Shown: positions 58,919-64,000 of the stretch, one piece after another | Layout of the letters: each line of letters begins with the position of its first letter | How positions within the stretch are numbered: the stretch's first letter is position 1 | Assembly: GCA_012295275.1 (NCBI GenBank) | Contig: CM022672.1 | Coordinates: forward strand, 27,156,001 to 27,220,000 | Reading direction: 5' to 3' | Length of the DNA stretch: 64,000 nt | Source of the DNA: Chrysomallon squamiferum | Lineage: Eukaryota; Animalia; Mollusca | Position numbers and translations under genes: made by a program | Notes under the pieces: model-generated | Databases searched by the model: none | The model's input: only the letters and a program-made list of their open reading frames with translations | What the model was told of the DNA's origin: nothing

Positions 58919-60289
58919 GCAGCAGCAGCAACAACAACAACAACAACAATAAAATAAATAAATAAATAAATAAAAATAAAGGAATTTACTGCAACACAAA
59001 AATGATCTTGTCTTTTCCTATTCCTTTTTCTTCTGCTTAATCAGTCTGTGCATTAATATGTGTCATATCTGAATCAGTGTAAATTAAATTGTTCTAAACG
59101 TTATTTTGAAAAACGCCAGTACAGTAAAGGACATCTAATCAGTTTTCTATGAAGTAAAATGGTTGATGGAAAATTAATAGCTACCAAGCATTTATCAACG
59201 CAAAACAGTCTGGCACTCAACTTCGTTCGAGGAAAATCACTTTGCTTCTACATTAAACATGTTTAATATTTAATAACAAAGAAACCTAAATGTAGCATTC
59301 TCGCACATTTAGGTTTACAGTAGTAACTGACAGGCCCAAAACTGCATTTAAAAAACATTCCTTTAAAGTGCAGTAAGAAATATTTCAGACAGGTATTTTG
59401 TCCAGAATTGTTGTCACTGAATGTGTTTTTGTCTTCTTGTGTTTTTCTGAGTGGGTGTTGTCATGGATTCGGTTCTGATATGTTATAAATACTGAAAGAA
59501 GGCGCGTCCTAAATTTGCATGAAAACAAATGCGGTGCACATGTATCACATTTTATTTTCGGGTACTTTTCTTTTGTTTCGAAATACAGGTCCACCTACAC
59601 CCAGAACAAAACAACAACCAGAAAACAGAGATCGGTTAATCTTGGATTGTTTGTTTTTGATTACTACCAGTCTGACAGGGTGGAAACCTGATCACTGCGA
59701 ATAGATATTGTCATTAATTTTTCTTTCACAATATTTCTAGCGTGAAATACGTGTCTACGTAGGATGGATCAGGTCACTTTGCCCCGTCCAAAATCCTCCA
59801 CGTCTTAGCTCGTCTGCTCTTGAAAGAATCAAAAACAATTACTTAACGCAGGACAATTTGTGTATTAAGTGCACATAATAAATCAATAAACGAAGATTAA
59901 GGTAGGTGGACGAAAAAGACCCACACAGAATGTAAGTAGATATATTTTGCAGAATGATATATTACTGTTTTAATCTGGCAGATAATAAGTAAAATAGGAC
60001 ATGTTTTTCAAGGTCGAAATAAGAAATAAAAAAGAAGAAGGAAGAGCGAGAATAAAGCCATGCTGAAGATCATGTAGTCCTGTTTATCAGATACCACAAA
60101 CAATTAACTTGCTAGCCTTGCAGAACGCTTAATGAATGGATATCGAAACTATTTTAAATAAATCTCTTAACAAACTTGGCAGGCTATCAAAATAAATAAC
60201 CATTGCACAGTCTGTGGTATCTGTGAAGTGGACTTTCTAAATACGTGTAAAGCAAAACTTAGAAGAAAAGTGGATTAATAGAAATGTAA

Positions 60290-60327
<38 letters not shown>

Positions 60328-60408
60328 AACAATGAGTATATAAAGAGGAAAAAAATACCAAATATTAATGTGATTGTTTTCAGAACAAATACTCATGCTC
60401 CATGGAAG

Positions 60409-60573
<165 letters not shown>

Positions 60574-62122
60574 AAACACACATACCGAAAGACTCATTCT
60601 GCAGTACAAAAAGACCTCCTGCACATTCTAGTTTAGATTATTAAGAAAATAATATAATTTAAACAACGCTATCTGGATCACTTTACTTTTAATTCCTAAC
60701 ACATAGTTTTAACTGAAGAAAACTATTTCATGCATTTGCTAGCCCGAAGCTACAACTGTTTATCCACAACCCCCCTCCCACCATTTTAATATCTAAAATA
60801 TTTTACTAACAAATTCATCCTTAAAATAATACGTGTCAGTTCAACCTTACCTCACCTGACAACGTTTATATGCATGACTGAGCATCGTGGTTACACTTCG
60901 CTGACTTTCTGTTTACATTAACGTATTTCAACATAGATTTTGTAGCACATCTGGTCGCATTTCCTCTAATTACTTTGCTGTTCATGGCTCTTAATTTGCA
61001 CACAGTTTTTAAAAAATGAAAAAACCAATATTAAAAACGTTCACCTGAAGCTGAAACTGAGTGGATAGAATAAAACAGAGGAGTTTTCATTCTGCATCAC
61101 ATTTAGTCACATCAGCATTTAATTCTTCATGGTTGTTAGTTCAATACCACATCCATATTGAGAGACAGACGGAAACAAACAGTCAGACACACAGACAACA
61201 GACAGAAACCAGGATCAAGTGATAGATAGCTGGATCGATAGACACATACGTAGAAAAGTGTGACCTTTCTATCAGTGTATCTAACGATAGATAGACAAAT
61301 GTTCGTAATGACGGACAGACACTCAGACAGATAAATGGATACGTAGAATTAGACATTTAGATGGTTAGATAGACAGACAGACAGAGAGATAAGCAGACAG
61401 ATAAATAAAATAAAGTCCAAACTTTAAAAAGCACTGATTTCTTAAAATTTATTTTCAATTGTTTTTGTTCAGCGGTTAAAAAATAATAAATAAATAGCGT
61501 ACTATCTTCAAAATAATAATTAGTATAGAAGAAAAACAAAAACAAAAATTAAAAACAAATTGTAGAAACGAATGGACAAGAGAAAGCTAAAAAGCTCTCT
61601 GTTGCATATAAGAAAAACAAAATATCATATTTTTTTTCATCTTTTTTTTTTAATTTAGTATTGTTCAGAGCGTTGACCTTACTGCTTTTTGCCATGACCT
61701 TTCGTGGCTTTTCTTTCAACGACTGAATGGAAAACTGAAAGGAACGTTACCTGCAGGGTGTTCCCATGAAAAGAAAAAATAGGTCGTACCTGCTGAGAGC
61801 TCGACAAACAAGTTTCAAGTGGACTTGTAAACAGGAATACCTGCTGCAAAATGTCGCCGGTTTGGGAATGAATACGTCTACATGTGGAGAGGAAGAGATA
61901 TTTTGTTATGGTTGTGTGAATAAAATAATCGTCTCAGGAAAAATGTGGATGGAAATTATTGACATGTTCAACAGCAGTTACATTTTATTATTTCTCTCTA
62001 TTCTTTCTCTAACACCCCCACACAACTGCACACTTATATACACACAAACAAACACGCATGTATGCACAGGAACAGACAGGAACACACACACGTACAAGAA
62101 TACAAGAGCATACAAATACTGA

Positions 62123-62313
<191 letters not shown>

Positions 62314-63319
62314 TGTTAGACCATATATTCACCGGATCTGCAACTTGTTTATCTCAGGTGATGTACTGCAGAACAACGAGCAGGATGTAGCTTGTTGATG
62401 TAAAGAAAAGCAGGTCTCTGTAGCAATACTCATGAAGCTTTTTCTAATCCAACCAGTGCACCGAGTACAATTATTAAATGTAAAATTCACGTACATAAAA
62501 CCTAAACATTATTAATTTTAATATCACCTACAGATATTTGTAATATCCATCCACATTCTTTGTTTATGGAGAAATTCAGCAACACTATAAGAAAATAAAA
62601 AAATTATAAACTTATGCAAAAACACAAGAAGAAGTATAAAATTGAGTGTATCCAAAACGCCATCCATTTCAAACTCACGCAATCCTTTTGTACATCATCC
62701 ATCCGTCCGTCCACAAAGCTACCGAAGATGGTCTCTGGTGAAAACTCCGAGTAGATTTTTATTATACGCGAATAATTAGCGAAGACTCACAATGAAATCA
62801 TTTCATTTCAAGGCTTTTGTTAAAGACTCGGTCACTGCTCTAGGTAAAGAGATTACAGACGAATCGATGAGAAGTAAATAAATTTCTGTTGAGCATATTC
62901 TGAGTGTTCTCGTACAAAGCAGAATTTCGATCTGTCAAGTCACTGAAGCCTAAAGCGACTGCAGAAAACAAGATAACGCACATGCACACACGTTGTCTTC
63001 ATGTTACCAGGGCAACATGTGCAGTAGCGGGTACAGGTTTTTTCAGAGCCCGGGCTAATTCGATGTCTGGAGTCCCCTTATGTAGGCATATATATGTATA
63101 GGTTAAACATATTATATAGGCCTATATATATATAAAGGCCTATATCTATATATATAAAGCATAATCAAAGAATGTTTTTTAACAGCAGATGGTAGTGTAA
63201 AAAAAACATTTCAAAGTGTTCGATCTAAAACGTAAACAACACGTGTTCTTCTCAACTGTGTCATGGCAAGAAAACAATTAATAAATAAATAGGAATAACA
63301 ACAGCAACAGCAGCAGCAG

Positions 63320-63386
<67 letters not shown>

Positions 63387-64000
63387 TTCCAAAAAAGCAA
63401 CACTAAACCAACAACACACAAACATACACACACACAAAAAGAAAACAACAGAAATAACGCATGTCAGTTTGATTAATATATTTTATTACATTTATTTAAT
63501 TAACAAAATTATTATTTTTATTTTTGGTTCTGGCTGTCTATCCTTATCTGTAACTTCTGTTGGGTCTCTGAGCTGCATCACTTGTAACCCATTGGGATAC
63601 GACAGAGTTGAAACGTCTAGAAAATGTAATATTAATAATAACAAAAAAATGTTCAGTTACTCAGTTTGTATAATGATGGCTGGACCAACAGAAAAGAAAA
63701 ATTTTCATAATCATCTGTTACGTCTTGAAAATCATTAATAAGGATATTTCTGTCATCTGAGTTATCAGCAAGGGTTTAATTTTTTGTTTTGGAGGTTTTA
63801 AGATTGTTAATTTACTTTGAAAAAACAACAACAAAGGTATAAATACAACAGTATAGCCACTGTTGAGTGTTTCTTGATCTGGTGGTCTGTGCAGTTTACT
63901 GTATTTTCAAGAAGTTACGTGTCTAAACGCGTGTTTTTCGCCAGTACTGAGATCATACAGTTCAGACATAGAGAGATATTGATTTGATTGTCTCCGAGTT

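Noticed and set aside
61766-62122. 118-aa ORF (and similar ORFs at 27790-28137, 38253-38549 and 53922-54203)
   Set aside because: No recognisable domain, no consistent splice partners, and intron-like composition.

Overview
AT-rich, intron-rich animal genomic DNA, most likely a mollusc (gastropod-like; inferred from the intermediate filament type and the repeats). Most ORFs in the supplied track are microsatellite or low-complexity artefacts. Three spliced genes can be reconstructed by hand. (1) The last three coding exons of a tektin-like CCDC105/TEKTL1 gene (+, 239-1398). (2) A complete 8-coding-exon Rab14 gene (-, 14842-10508, 214 aa), convergent with TEKTL1. (3) An 11-exon invertebrate cytoplasmic intermediate filament gene with a lamin-tail domain (-, 41275-21167, about 587 aa), resembling the Helix non-neuronal IF A/B gene. 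The IF gene is the most interesting part: a donor site that doubles as Ser-stop (a 457-aa tailless isoform if intron 7 is read through), an in-frame 18-nt microexon candidate in that 8-kb intron, a GC-AG intron, a variant coil-2 end motif, and a CArG/AP-1 upstream region. The last 22 kb has no supportable host coding exon. It holds a Tigger/pogo deletion derivative that keeps a PIP box, a GA-microsatellite-linked 56-bp unit in both orientations, and many microsatellites. A Sola-like MITE and a Nin-domain SINE fragment lie further upstream in the window. I found no convincing wholly novel multi-gene system. Homology calls are from memory of the families, not from database searches.
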